Assembly (NCBI RefSeq): GCF_009914755.1 | Contig: NC_060933.1 | Strand: one strand, 5' to 3' | Length of the DNA: 64,000 nt | DNA from: the human T2T-CHM13v2.0 reference genome, Homo sapiens | In this document: one piece after another, positions 29,260-42,147 of the stretch | Layout of the letters: each line of letters opens with the position of its first letter | Position numbering within the stretch: position 1 is the first letter of the stretch | Made by a program: the position numbers and the translations under genes | The notes under the pieces: generated by a model | Seen by the model: the letters and a program-made list of their open reading frames with translations, nothing else | What the model was told of the DNA's origin: nothing | Database searches by the model: none

Positions 29260-30739
29260 TTATTGAAGGCCCAGCTGTGACCCTCAAGAAAAGCTGGACA
29301 CAAATGCAGAGAGGGTGAGGGGAGCACACTTGTGCCTGGGTGTCCGTGGGAATGTGCAGAAGAGCAAGCTGAGGTCCAGTCCCTGCTCTGCCACTAGCCA
29401 GCTGTGTGTCCCTGGGAGACACTACTCATCCCTGGACCTCAGTTTCCCCATTTATACCATGAATTCTGGAATGAGATCATCGCTAAGGCCCTGCCTTGTA
29501 TCACCTCCTATACATCACTAAGTGCAGGGAGCCGCTATTAGGGGTAAATGGCAGACAAAAAAGCAGCCAGGGGGTTTCAGCACTTCAGGGAAACCTGAAT
29601 TTGCCCCAGAAAGGTGTCATAATGTTGACAAGGTGCTAATCATAATTGCTACTTACTTGCTGAGAAAAAAAAAAATATATATATATATACATATATATAA
29701 ATATATTGTATGTATAGTTAAATATACACATACTTTCTCATTTAGTTTTTCCCATATTCCATGAAGGTAGTTAGGATTATACTCCTATTTTACAGATGAG
29801 GACAATCAAGGCTCAGAGAGGCGAAGTCGCTTGCCTGAAATTCTACAGTGAGGAAGTGACTGGATCTCGGGTGGGTCGACCCACAAAGCGCAAGCTCTGA
29901 ACTGCTGTTTGCTGTACTGCCTTCCTTATAAATCCAGATATGCCTAAATAGTGACTGAAGCTGGTGTTTAAACCTAACGTATGAAAAAAAAAAGGCAATA
30001 CAATTGGCATGCACTGGTAGCTGTGATCAGCCAATCCTTATTTTACAAAATACTTTCTTAGAATGATATAATTTTGAGAACTGGAAATGAGACAAGAGAA
30101 TTTAGTTGCAATCACTCAAAAAAAAAAAAAAGTAAGTATCTTTGCCAAGATGCTTACTTTGTTCAACCAATGAAGAAGTAAAATTTAACAAATGGAAAAA
30201 TAATTACGTTTGCCTAAAATTACATCTTTTGTGCACGCCAGAGAGCTGACACGCGTTTCAATTACCTGCCACAGAAAGACGAATGGGTATGTCTACAAGA
30301 TTGCATTACAGAGCGATAGCGCTGAAGAACACCTCTCCTGATTGATCTGAATCCTGGTGGGATTTGTCTGAATGAATCTGAATAACTCACTTTAATTTCT
30401 TGCTTTCCCCTGGATGGCGCTGGGATCTGCTCAAAGTGAGTGGGCACAGCAGGCACCACTCTTGTTTCTGGGTTTTCCAGAAACACTCGGCTGCTCAAGA
30501 ACACTGTATTGATGAGAGGTTCATCTAGTCGTTTTGGCTAATCACCCCGCTAATGGCTGTACTGGTCTGCCTCAAGGAATGCCCAGCCCTGTTCCTCAAG
30601 GATGCTCCTCACATGGCCCTTGTCTGCACCTCCGTTTTTCCCTCATCACACAAAGAAATTGGTCTGGATGGTTTCTGAGGCCCTTCTGACAGCAACAGAA
30701 AGTTCAACGCATGACCCGGTTTCTTCAAAAAATAAATGT

Positions 30740-31160
30740 TCTGTAAAAAGTGGTGGGTTATAATAGATGAAAAGAGACTAAAGAGATACTTCAAGCAGAT
30801 GCAATGGGTGGAATTTGTGTGGATTTTCCAACAAATCATCTGTGAAGACATCGTTGAGATGATCAGGGGATCCACACAGACTGGGAAATTAAACGATATT
30901 AAGAATTGTTTAATGTTTTAGGTGTGATAATAGTACCGTGATTATATTATAAAACCTCCCTATCCAAAAAAATGCATACTGAAGTATTTATAGAATGAGA
31001 TGAGATCGTGTCTAGGAGCTGCTTTAAAACACTACAGCAAAAAAAGGGGGGATGGGGTGAGTCAAAATGAAAGAAGATTGGCAAAATGTCGATAATGATT
31101 GAAACTGCCTATTGGGCACATGGGGGTTCATGATGCTGTTCTCTCTACTTTAGAGTCTGT
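30740..31160 (+). mobile_element. Old L1M (L1MC/ME-like) 3'UTR fragment
   Basis: aaagagactaaagagatac...aatgttttaggtgtgataatagtaccgtg...gggggttcatgatgctgttctctctacttt. Confidence 0.6.
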
Positions 31161-31191
31161 TTGAACATCTCTAAAATCAAAACCAAAAACA

Positions 31192-31360
31192 GGTGGGTGC
31201 CACTGTTGCATGTCTGTGGTCCCAGCTACTTAGGAGGCTGAGGTGGGAGGACTGCTTGGGCCCAGGAGTTCGAGGCTGCAGTATGCTATGAACGCATCTG
31301 TGGATTGCCACTGCACTCCAGCCAGGGCAACATACTGAGACCCTTTCTCTACAAAAAACA
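31192..31360 (+). mobile_element. Fossil Alu monomer (FAM-like)
   Basis: Monomer retaining the 7SL-like segment gctatgaacgcatctgtggattgccactgcactccagcc. Confidence 0.75.
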
Positions 31361-31474
31361 CCCCAAACCCCACAACAATGCAAAGGTCCTCAGAATACTA
31401 ACTTAATCCCCACCACTCATAATCTCATAAACCTTTTAGAGTCATGCGGGAAGGCAGAATAGGCCAGGGAAGCA

Positions 31475-31808
31475 CAGTTATCCCTAGGGATCCATGGAGG
31501 ATTGGTTCCAGGATCCCTTGAGGATTCCAAAATCCCCCAACGACCAAGTCCCTGATATAAAATGGGGTAGTATTTGCCTATACACTACACACATCCTCCC
31601 ATATACTTTAAATCATCTCTAGATTTCTTACAATGCCTAATAAAATGTAAATAGTTGTTATACTCTATTGTTTAGGGAATAACGACAAGAAAAAAAAGTC
31701 TGTATGTATTTGGTACAGACGGAATCATCCATTTTTTTCCTGAATAGTTTCAGTCTTCAGCTGGCTGAATCAACAGACGTGGAACCCATGGAGATGGAGG
31801 GCTGATCA
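31475..31808 (+). mobile_element. MER2 (TcMar-Tigger MITE)
   Basis: cagttatccct...gattggttccagga...aagtccctgatataaaatgg...ggaacccatggagatggagggctga is collinear with recalled MER2. Confidence 0.8.
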
Positions 31809-31999
31809 TGATGCGGCTGAGAAAAAAATATTCCAAATAGGTTGAAACTAATGTTTTCAGAAAAGTGTTTTCAATTGGCTCTGCTTTCTTTTATCTGGAA
31901 CATCACACTTGCATTCCTTTTGATGTATTATATTGCATAAAACAACATTCCTGAATCTAAATTTTATCAGCTAGAAAGAATAAGCATCAAAATGCCTAC

Positions 32000-32060
32000 C
32001 TTGAAATTGAGTAAATTTAATGGTCCCCATTCTCTCCCCATTCCGGAATACAACTTGACC
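32000..32060 (-). CDS. GABBR2: GABBR2 coding exon (exon 8 by recalled numbering), 61 nt, VFT domain: GQVVFRNGERMGTIKFTQFQ(D)
   Basis: Minus strand reads ...TTTTTAG|GGT CAA GTT GTA TTC CGG AAT GGG GAG AGA ATG GGG ACC ATT AAA TTT ACT CAA TTT CAA G|GTAGGC. The peptide matches the recalled human GABA-B2 sequence. Phase 0 start, phase 1 end. Too short for the ORF track. Confidence 0.97.
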
Positions 32061-34701
32061 CTAAAAACAAAACAAAACAAATCAAACAAGAATAAAAGAG
32101 AAATGCCACATTAGCCCAAACGCCACTGATCTCACAGCAATTCATTAACTGTACAATGCGATTATTAATACTGGAGGAAAAACAGATTCCCGCTGGACCA
32201 CAGATGAAAATCAGACTAATTGTTTTTAAATTGGTTGTGACTTTATCTGGTTAATTTGAGGAGAACAAAATCAATAATGGAACTAACACATGTGAATTGA
32301 AGCCAAGATAAGCATCATCATGATCACCATGACTATTAATTAAACACCCACGTGTCCGTGCTATAATGGGGACGACGTCTTCTGGGGTGCTGGAAAGATG
32401 ACGGCAAAGGTGAGGCCCTTTGGGCCCGGCCCTGACTCCTCTCCCTGTGCCCCACCCATAAAGATACGGGGTATTGCTGAGTCTGCTTGGCTTCAGGACC
32501 AGAAGGGTGCTAGAGGTCTGTTGGTATTTCTTATTAGGAATAGAGAATGTTTTTCTAAGTTTTTCCTGAATGGTGACGTCAGTCCCAATTATAACCAAGC
32601 TATGGTGCAGCAAAAAACTAAGCTTCTTGAGCCAGCGAGACCTGACTAGTGTCACAGGCAGCTGAGTGCCCCTCATTAGGGACCTTGGGGGCTAAACATA
32701 GCGTTATCTCCTGCATCTGCCCTGCTGGCTTCCAAATGCTTGGCTAAATATATCAGGAATTTAGAGATGGAATGTCATCTCTTCTTTCCGATTTATGGCC
32801 CACCTAAAATTCTGCAGCCATACGAGGAAATTGACACACACTATATCACTGAATCTTCATGCCAAACGTAAGTGATAAGGGGATGACCCCCATTTTGCAG
32901 ATCAAGAAACTGAAACTGAGAGAGGTTATGGACTTCACACAAGGTCACTGTAAGTGAGGCTGCTGGGATTCAAATGCAGGTTTAATTTTAATGTCCATGC
33001 TACTTCACTGTGGCATGTTGCTCTTGATCGAGAAATAAGTTTCTTCCTGTCTTTTCATTATTGTGAAATTAGGAAAAGAAATGGTTTTAAAGGTATCCTG
33101 CTTTTCTCTCACTGTTATGCTTTTGTGTCATCAGGCAACAGCACAGACAATACTCTGGGTTCCACTGAAGTCTTGGGAGAAAACCCCAGGAAGCATTTTT
33201 CCTTAGGCAGAAACCTAAAGACTGAAGCCCTGCAGCTTCCAGAATAAAGGGGGATCGCTCAGCCTGATCCCAGAACGAGAAACACCTTCCAAGGCCACCT
33301 GGACACCTTTTTGAAACCCTGAAGACAGCTGTGAGTAGTATCAGTTTGAAACTAATGCCCACCGAATTCTATATTCAGGTGACGGTAAGCAACTCCCTGG
33401 AGTGTGAAAACACTTCAACCAAGGTGAGACAGGAGCTGTGATTTTTATTTCGAGGGACAATTGAAAATCACAAAACACCTTCTAAAAGGATCATTTCTAT
33501 GTAAATGGACCACTTTGCCTGAGTGGGAAAGGCTGTCCACAAGGAGAAATTTTTTTTTTGTCTGACAGGATGGGGATCTAATTTACCAATCTTCTGCCAA
33601 GCTTTGAAGAATTCCACAGGTGTCTAGATTTAAAATGCGCACAAATTCTGCAGACTCTTTATTAGTGAAATTACAAAGTGTGTGGAATGGTATTCAAAGC
33701 TTCCATGGAATGATACAGGAGTGGGGGTGAGAAGAGCCTTCCTTTACTTTGTGAACAAAACTAGTCCACCTTTGAAGCAAGATCTGTCATATTTTATTTT
33801 ACTAAATATAACTATTTTGTACTAACAGGAACTCCTCCCATCTCTTTGATTTCTCCTTAATTTCTCAGGTGGTACAGTGGAAGTAGGCCAGCGTGTCTCA
33901 CAAACTGGGTTCAGTCCTCTCTCAGGCAAGTTCCAGAACATCTCTGAATTATGGACCAAGCACAGGTCCTGGTACAGGACAGGTGCTCAGCAAATGGCAG
34001 TAGTAATTTTTATTTAAACATGTTTAATAGTGGGGAGCTGAAATCAAAAGATGTTAAGCACCAGAGAGCTTTCCAGCCCTTGGGAAGCGAGTTTCAACTC
34101 TCAGGTGATTTCAGCTGACAAAGTGGAAACCACTGGGCCCCCAGCCACGATGTCTTCACCTCCCAGAATCATCAGCCCCCAAATGACTGACTTCCCAAAC
34201 AACACGAGACACTGTGCATTCTGCCTACCGATGAGAGAAAGTAGAGGGCTTCTGTGACTGGGGTGACGAAGTGCTGATGGAGACACGGATGTGTAACTGA
34301 CTATGTTGAGGGTCTGCATCAGGGTCACCATGGCATCTGTTGGGTTTGACTGGTGAAGCCATCCCTGCTACCCTAAGTATTGCCGACTGGATAGGGGACC
34401 ACTGTGCCAGCCAAGACAGCCTTGACAAGACCAGGTATGAGGGAGGCCACAGGCCAGTAAGGTGGTTCTCAAGAAGTTCTGCCCAATAGGTGTCCCCCTT
34501 ATTAAAAGGTGGTCAATTTACAACATTCCAAAAATATTTACCTACTGCGTGCTCGATACCCTTCTAGGGACTGATGCCTGCTCTTGGAGAGCTTTTTATT
34601 TGATTAGGAGGGATAGCAGAAACAAGTCCTCCAATGCTTAAGAAATTTCAGTTAGTGATGAATGCTATGAGAAGATCAAAAGGGTGATGGGAAAAGGAAG
34701 T

Positions 34702-34867
34702 CTTTTTTTATTTTTTATTTTTTTGAGACAGGGTCTCGCTCTGTTATCCAGCCTGGAGTGCAGTTGTGCGATCTTGGCTTACTGCAGCCTCCACCTTCTG
34801 GGTTCAGGCGACCCTCCTGCCTCAGCCTGCGATTACAGGCACACACATCATTACACCCAGGTAATTT
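34702..34867 (-). mobile_element. AluJ/FRAM-like right monomer, lying inside an L2 relic
   Basis: T-tail followed by gagacagggtctcgctctg...ctcctgcctcagcc. Confidence 0.8.
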
Positions 34868-35399
34868 ACTAGGGGAGCTGCTTTAGTTGGGTAGTTAGGG
34901 AAGACTCCGCTCAAGACGTTATAAGAAAGCTGAGACCTATCTGGAAAGAAGGAAATATTCTAGCCAGAGGCAAAAGCCAGGGCCAAGTCCCTCAGGTGGG
35001 GAAGAGCTTGGAATGTTCAAGGAACAGAAAAGGCCAGCATGGCCGGAACACAGTGAGGGAGGCAGGGTTGTGGCTGGGCGGTGGCAGATGCATAGGTGGA
35101 CAGGGGCCAGGTCACATTGCCCCCAGAGACCATGACAAAGGGTCTGGACATGACTCTAATGAACAGCGATGAGGGTGGGGAGGTGAAGCGGAGCAGCCTG
35201 TGATGTGATTTCAGGTTGGAGAAGATTGCACTGTCTGTGGGGTACAGAATGGATGGTAGTGTGGCAAACGTGGAAGCAGAGACTCTGGAAGCTCTGGCTC
35301 AGTAATCCAGGTGTGAGAAGATGGTGGTTTCAGTGAGGCTGGTGGCCAGACTCTGTCCCTCCACAGCTCAGACTGCATGGCAAATGTAGCTAAGCACCG

Positions 35400-35850
35400 A
35401 GCCCAGGGCAGTGCCTGTCTTCCGTTTGACTCCTCTTATCCTGTGTGGTGGATGCCAGGGGTGCGCCCAGACACCCCACCCAGGATGGAGGCCCTCCTCC
35501 CCAGCGGCTAGCATCTGGCTCCTGTTGAGATGCCTTGCACCCAATCAGAGCTATGTTAGTTCAGGTTATGCCCCCTCCCTGGGGGCAACCTGCAGCTAGC
35601 AGTCAGTGTGAAGGGTCATGGATCTAGCCCTGCTGCCTCAATTCAGGACACCCGTGAAGGACCATGGAATCCCGAGGTCCCCTGGGATTGGCTGAGCTCA
35701 TGATTGCCACTGCATCACATTTTGACTTCTCCCGCTGCCCAGCGCTACTTGGCTTCCTCCCTTCCAGCTTCTGTTCCTGAAAACATATCCTGATAAACTT
35801 CCTGTATGCAAATCTTTGTCTCAGAGCCTGTTTTCTGGGTAACCCTGTCT
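35400..35850 (+). mobile_element. ERVL LTR16-like
   Basis: Ends cctgataaacttcctgtatgcaaatctttgtctcagagcctgttttctgggtaaccc, typical of LTR16 3' ends. Confidence 0.55.
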
Positions 35851-36249
35851 CAGACACCCTGTCATCAAAGGTCGCTGGGGCTGGCTCTTTCTTGCCACCT
35901 GAAGGAGCTGAGCAACAGGGCATGGTGGGAACAGATGGGGCAATGCTGCCACTAGATGCTTTCAGAGCCACCGTGGCCTGCAGTTCAGCCAGGGGAGCCA
36001 GGCCAGCTTCAATTCCTAACACCCCAGCTTGAGCTGGAATTTTTTTTTTTGGTTTCCCTCCCACAAAGGTTGCACTTCTCCCAGCACATGTAGTCTTTAT
36101 GTAGAGATAAATATCATGACTCTCCTTAAGCTTTCGTCTTGTGCAATTCCAGGGCTGTAACAGAATCATCACATTCATTTGAGACCAATCCAGGTGATGA
36201 GTTAAATTCTAAGGCAAGGGAGTTTGGTAACTCTGGCCGGGGTGGGGGC

Positions 36250-36962
36250 TGATAACTGTCTGGTGGCTCACAGTTCACACTCACTCTTCTACACTCTCCT
36301 CCTTGTGGCAGGGACTGGAAGCCCTGAAACTACATTTCCCAGAATCGCCTGCCAGCTGGTTTCCATTTAGGGAAGCGGTCATGGGAGATTAGAAAGAACG
36401 CATAAGCATGCATGAGGGAAAAGCTTTTTTTTTTTTTTTTTTTCTTCCTCTGCTCTGGTTGCAGCAAGGGGAGCTACGAGTAACTGCAGGTGTCTGTGGG
36501 GCCCAGCAGCTTCTGATTCCTGAACCGTTGGAGTGTGGGGGCCCCTGGCTGCATGCTCAGTGGCCAGAGATAGGGCCCCAAAAGTAGCAGAAACAGCAGC
36601 AGCAGGAGCCTCGGAGGCCTGTCTACCTGGGCTTTCCCTCCATTATTTCATTTGTATTCCAAATCTGCTCTGTGGTCATTTTTATAAATTCCCTGGAAGT
36701 AAGATCTGGTATCAATCAACATCCAGTCAAGAAAACAAAAACCACTTCAGGCATTTCAGGGGCAATGGCAACATCACTTTCCCTTTCATTCTTCCTGCCC
36801 AAGGGGCATGGCAATTTTCTGAAGAACTGTATCTGCCACAACAGTCTCTACCTGTTTTCCTCCACCATCCCTTCCAACAAAGTTGGAACCAGTTCCTGTA
36901 TGAAATCTCCCTCTGAAATGACTGAAGTGGTTTGTGTTTTCTCCACTGGATGGTGATTGATA
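36250..36962 (+). mobile_element. ERVL LTR33-like solo LTR, carrying an internal inverted insertion
   Basis: 5' part ccctgaaactacatttcccag; 3' part cagttcctgtatgaaatctccctctg...gtggtttgtgttttctccactgga. Confidence 0.6.
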
Positions 36963-37055
36963 ATGGATTCTAACTTCCAAGGAGTTTATAAGAATGACCA
37001 CAGAGCAGATTTGGAATACAAATAAAATCACAGAAGGGAAAGTTCCAAGTGGATA
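36620..37055. repeat. Long inverted repeat: arms ~36620-36762 and ~36908-37055, spacer ~145 bp
   Basis: 36650-36680 ATTTGTATTCCAAATCTGCTCTGTGGTCATT is the exact reverse complement of 36993-37023. Flanks align with scattered mismatches. Opposite-strand ORFs share INSLEVR. Confidence 0.93.
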
Positions 37056-37479
37056 ACTTATAAGGATTTTTTTTCCCCCTGAAAGAGATGTTGCTAACGT
37101 CAAAGAAAGCAGTCTGTTTCATAAAAATCAATCCAAACTAATAGTTCAGGTTTAATTGGGAGCCATAAAGCTGCATTTTCTCCTTCAGCGAAATCTTCAG
37201 AATGTATAGGGTAACTTACGGATAAAACCCTAAGTTTTGGCGTTTGCCAACAAGAGTAAATATTGCCATCCATGTGAGCTTGGATGCTCATTGAGCGTTT
37301 CTGAGCATCAGTTCTTCTACTTGAAAAATAGTAAGAACAATACAAATTTCTCAGGGTTGTTTCTGAGAATTAAAGAAGATAATTATGAAATGAGAATAGC
37401 CAGGGATGGGGCACAGCAAGGGGTAACTTATTGTAAAGGGTAACTGTTATTGTAATGCCTTGAGTTAGTAAAATCCCAT

Positions 37480-37792
37480 TTTTTTTTTGTTTTGTTTTGA
37501 GACAGGGTATTGCTCTGCTGCCCAGGCTAGAGAGTAGTGGTACCATCATAGCTCACTGAAACCTCGAGCTCCTGGGCTCGAGTGATCCTTCCACCTCAGC
37601 CTCCCAAGTAGCTGGGACCATAGGTGCTTGTCACCACAACCAGCTAATTTTTAAAACAATTTATTTGTTGTTGAGATAGGGGTCTCAGTATGTTGCCCAA
37701 GCAGGTCTCAAACTCCCGGCCTCAAATGATCATCCCACCTCGGCTCCCCTGAAAAGTGCTGGGATTATAGTTGTGAACCACTGCACCCGGCT
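37480..37792 (-). mobile_element. AluJ-like, full length
   Basis: Dimeric and diverged. TSD aaaatcccat on both sides. Confidence 0.9.
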
Positions 37793-38432
37793 GCAAAATC
37801 CCATCTGATGTCAGTTCAGAATCCTCAGAAAAGTTAGTGGGGAGTAAAATGGACACTAAGGATTCTAGAAGCCAGTAGGATTTAACAGCCTCCTCTTAGA
37901 AAAACTAATTCTCTGTTTTCATTGTTCATCTTTAATACTTAACTACTAAGCATGAGTAAAATTCACTCCAACAAGTTTATGAGTCTTATAGGTTAAGCCC
38001 TTTGTTGGGGCCTCTCTTTTTTCCTTCTTAAATTTCACAGTGGAAGGCAGAGATACTCTCCCTGAGAACAAGATCTGGTGTAGGGTCAGGGAGGCAAGAA
38101 GGGGAGCTTTCATGCTTCAGCCAGTGTTACAGGCAACGCCTGGGCAGGGGCGTGAAGCTACTCTGAGTGAAGACTCGCTGGGCTCAGCCTAATATTCTGG
38201 AGCCCTGGGCCTACTGAGGGACAGTCTCTGCAGATCACAGTGTACTTAGGGAAGGATTTTCTTCCTAAATATGACTCTAGACTGCACTCTTATCTCCGGG
38301 TTGTCGAGTGTGCCTTTGGGAGGTGTGAGCATGCATCCTCACTGAGGATTTGACTTGTGCTGTGAGAAATAAGATCTGTCCTGACACATCACACTGGCAG
38401 GAAAATGTCTTAAGTTAATGGAGGTTGAAGGG

Positions 38433-39045
38433 TGTTAGGGCTCTGAAAACAATACTCCAAAAGGAAGGCCTCAGAAGTCTCCTCAGAAGCCAAAGTTTTT
38501 CTCTGACCTTCTCCTGGCCTCCTGTCCCTCAGTCCCTTGCTCCTCTGGGGCCAATCACAGAAACTCCAATCCCTCTTCCCCAAAGCGGGTCAGAGAAACT
38601 AGCCATAAAATGTAAAATATTACGCCAGTGTTCCCTCCAAGTTTCTGTGTAAAAACTGGCTATGAAGAAATCATGTAACTTAGCTTATTTGACTGTAGGT
38701 CATGCGACCCCCATTCCGGAGAGAGCCCTGCGCTTCCAGAAGGAAGGAATGAGTGCTCAGAGAGGTCAAGAAGAACCTAGACAGACAGGCCTTGCTGGGT
38801 TCCCCACTCAGTCTATCAGCATTGGATCAGAGCCTTTTAGTCCAATCACATTCCTACGCGGCTGTCTAGACTTTATTGAATCTAAGCATAAAAATAGACA
38901 ATTTCCCCTGTATCTCTGGGTCTTCATTCTGAAGGCTCCCATGTATATATATTAAATACATGTGAATGCCTTTTCCCCAATTGGAAGTTGATTTTCCAGT
39001 GAACCTTCAGACAGCCAAGGGGAAAGCTCTCCTAAGGCCCCTACA
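38433..39045 (+). mobile_element. ERV1 solo LTR, MER39-like
   Basis: TG...CA ends (tgttagggctctgaaaac ... ggcccctaca). Internal gaaggcctcagaag and gactgtaggtcatgcgacccccattcc are collinear with recalled MER39. Confidence 0.8.
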
Positions 39046-39904
39046 AAGACCATGGGGGACCCTGGTAAGTTCTGTTGCAGGGGCCAGCAGATCAATGTCT
39101 GTGTGAGGGATCCAAGCCCATCGTGGACTGTTCTGCTGCCAGCCCTCCTCCCAGGACAGCACTGGTCTCAAAGAAACAATGCAGACTTTGAGAAAACACT
39201 GGGGTTAAATTGCTTGTCAGGGGTTGCATAAAGGGTGGAGATCTGCATGACACAGGCTTGAAGGAGAAGGTGCCCTCTGTTTCCACAGGGATGGCAGGAT
39301 ATAAAAGAGAGAGAGAGAAAAATAATTGAGTATATCCACCCACATGTTCTGTAAAGTTTAAAAAATATTCTTTTTTTTTTCTTTATGTCCCCTTGAGCTA
39401 TAGAAGAGGCCACATTTTGTACACAATTTAAAATATTTTCTTACACCAAAAATTCTTTTGTTAGACACAAGCCTTCAGGAATGTTTGATGCACTCATAGA
39501 GCCTAGAGCAGTAGGTTTGCAGGGAACTGAAAGAAGGAGCAGAATGGGAGGTGGGGTCTGTCCCACTGCCAGCCTTCGGCGGGTGGACAATAAGGATGCA
39601 GGGGCATCTTTCTGAGGGACCATAACCAGACGGCTCAGAGGGTGCAAGTAGTGACCCTCCACAAAGCATGTGGTGGCCTAAGGTGGGGCTGTGTGCGGTG
39701 GAGGGAAGCGGGGACCTAGAGAAGATGGCTGGGTGGATGGCCCAGGAAGGGTGGAGCAACTCCCTCTCTTTCCTTCCACTTATTATAATAAGAGAGTCAG
39801 GCTTATTTAGAACAACAAAATATCAGGTGTAAATGAGTGTCTAAGAAGTACGGGAAAAGTGAAGTAAATTTTAATACAGACACATGATGAAATATTAGGA
39901 TACG

Positions 39905-40470
39905 TGCATTCAATCAGCAAGTCCTGTTGGGCACCTATGATGTGCCAGACAGGCACCAGATCAAACAGTGAGCAAAATCAACATGGTCCTAGATTGCATG
40001 AAGTGTAGGGTCTGGTGGAAGACAGAGACATTAAGCAATAAACACACGGATAAATAGAGGATTACAAACTGTGATCAGTGACATAAAGGAAAAGAGCAGG
40101 GCTCCAAAAGAGAAAACTACAGGAAGACCCTAATTTAGACTGGAGGCCAAGGAGGGCCTTTCCAGGAAGGTGGCATTTGCACTGAAACCTGAAGGAGCTG
40201 GCTGAGCCGAGAGCAAGGGGGAGAATATCCTGGAAGGAGGAAATTGCAAGTGCAAAGGTCCTGAGGCAGGAAAGAGATTGGGAAATCCAAGGACCTGAAA
40301 CAGTGCCGATAAAGCTGTAAATGGTCATTGAAGAGCAGCTGAGCAAGGAATGTGACCGGCAAGGTGGACAGGTGCAAGGCCACGCAGAACCTTACCAGCT
40401 ATGCCAAGGATGCTGAGCTTCATTTTGAATGCAAGAGGAGCAACTGAAGGGTTTTAATGAGGGGGTGACT
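39905..40470 (-). mobile_element. L2 fragment
   Basis: cattcaatcagcaag...gggcacctatgatgtgccag...gcaagtgcaaaggtcctgaggcagga is the L2 3' region reversed. Confidence 0.6.
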
Positions 40471-40542
40471 TGATCTAAGTCCTATAGACTTAAGTATTAT
40501 ATTATAAAAGTTATCAAAGGTTAGAACAAGTGATATTCCAAT

Positions 40543-40981
40543 TGTGCCAGTCGCTGGCTAGCTGTTGACCAAATTCATTTCCTTTTCCTCCTAGGCACAT
40601 GGCCAGACTAGGTTTTCCAGGCTTCCTGACGGTTGGGTGCGGCCATGTGACAGTCCTACCAATGGAATGTGGGTGGGAGGGACATGGTACTCCAGGCCTG
40701 GACCATGAAAACCTCTCACAAGTTCCTGATCCTTCATGCTTCCCCGTTTTCCCCCCTGTCAACCAGATTGATAGGATCTATCGGAGAACCCTGAGGCCTA
40801 AGGAACAGTGGGGACATGAGACAGAGGAGCTTGGGTCCACGAATGATCACGTGGAAAGGCTAACAACCAGAAGGACCCACTTTGGACTTTATATAAGAGA
40901 TAAATAAAATTTTACTGTGTTAGTCCACCAAGATTCTCAGATAACTCGGTTACAGCAGCTAGTGTTATTTCTCCTAATACT
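40543..40981 (+). mobile_element. MaLR solo LTR (MLT1I/J-like)
   Basis: ggccatgtgacagtcctaccaatggaatgtg...agataaataaaattttactgtgtt...gttacagcagctag...ctaatac. Confidence 0.65.
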
Positions 40982-41927
40982 ATAATGAATTAAAAAAGTA
41001 AAAAACAAAACAAAGGATAAAAATTGTATATACAGTATACTCGCAATTACGTAAAAATTACCCCCACAAAGTAAAAACGTTAACACTGGTTGGTCCCGGG
41101 AGTGTGATTATCGCTTTTTATTTTTACTTTTTAATACTTTACCTATATTCTATAATAAATGGGTATTATTTTAATAACAAGAAAACTTTATTAAAAACTT
41201 TTTAAAAAGATGTGATAAGGAGGCACATTTTACCGGCAAAAATAGCAATATCATCAGCAATAAACTAATACTCCCTCTTGAAATAGATTAATTTTTTTAC
41301 TATTTTACTAATAATTTTACAGATTAATTTATTTACTGTTTTATCTGTGCAAACGTAAGCCCGTTTCCCTCTCAAAGTCGAATAACAAAGAGAGCAATGA
41401 ACAAGTTCAGATTCAGGCTGAACTTGGCCATTTTCTGGGAAGGGAAGCTGGGGCAAGCGCCTTTTCATCTCTGTGCTCAGGCTTCCCTCGGCAAAACGTG
41501 CAGAGATGATATTGTGCAAGCTACTTTTAGCTTTGCTGAAACATTTGTGTGCGTTATTTAAGATTTTTTTCCCCTGGGGTTCTCCTTTATTAATAGATAT
41601 TCAACAACACCCTCAATGGAATGAGGTATGTATGATGATCTCCATTTTACAGATGAGGAAACTGGAAACTGAGAGCCTGAGAGGTCAGGACTTTGCCTAG
41701 GGTCACATAACGAGTAGGCAAAAGGACTGGGACCCACCTCAGTTGTGTCAACTTTAAGCTCATGCTTCTAACAACATGCCATTCTCCCTCCTGTTTGCGA
41801 GAAGGAGTCATTGATCAGAAAATGAGCTCTCTGCAGGGGACTGGAGTAAGTACCACGTGACCTTGGGCTAGAGGGATGGTGTGTGGGTGTAGTAGGAGTA
41901 GGCAGAGGAGGAGGAAAGATAGGTAGT

Positions 41928-42147
41928 CAGGGATGTGTTGGTTAATGTTTAACAGCTGGCTTTTTGGGGAGAAGAAAAAAGAGCTCTGATGTGTAGTGTT
42001 TGCCAATTTCCGTGGTGTAAATACACCCACCATGGTAGATTTCAAGCTATCAATGATTTAACAGCTGGCTCACAAATTCCTGATAATTTAACAACTGGCT
42101 CTCAGCTCTCTCTGGAGCCTGCAGGAGCTGGCTCCAGCACACCCATA
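41928..42147 (-). mobile_element. MER63-family hAT MITE
   Basis: Degenerate TIRs cagggatgtgttgg / ccagcacaccc. Internal gccaatttccgtggtgtaaatac...atttcaagcta is shared with the copy at 60340. Confidence 0.75.

Noticed and set aside
31192-31360. 7SL RNA gene or pseudogene
   Set aside because: Only the Alu-domain portion is present, with an A-rich tail. This fits a FAM monomer lacking the S domain.
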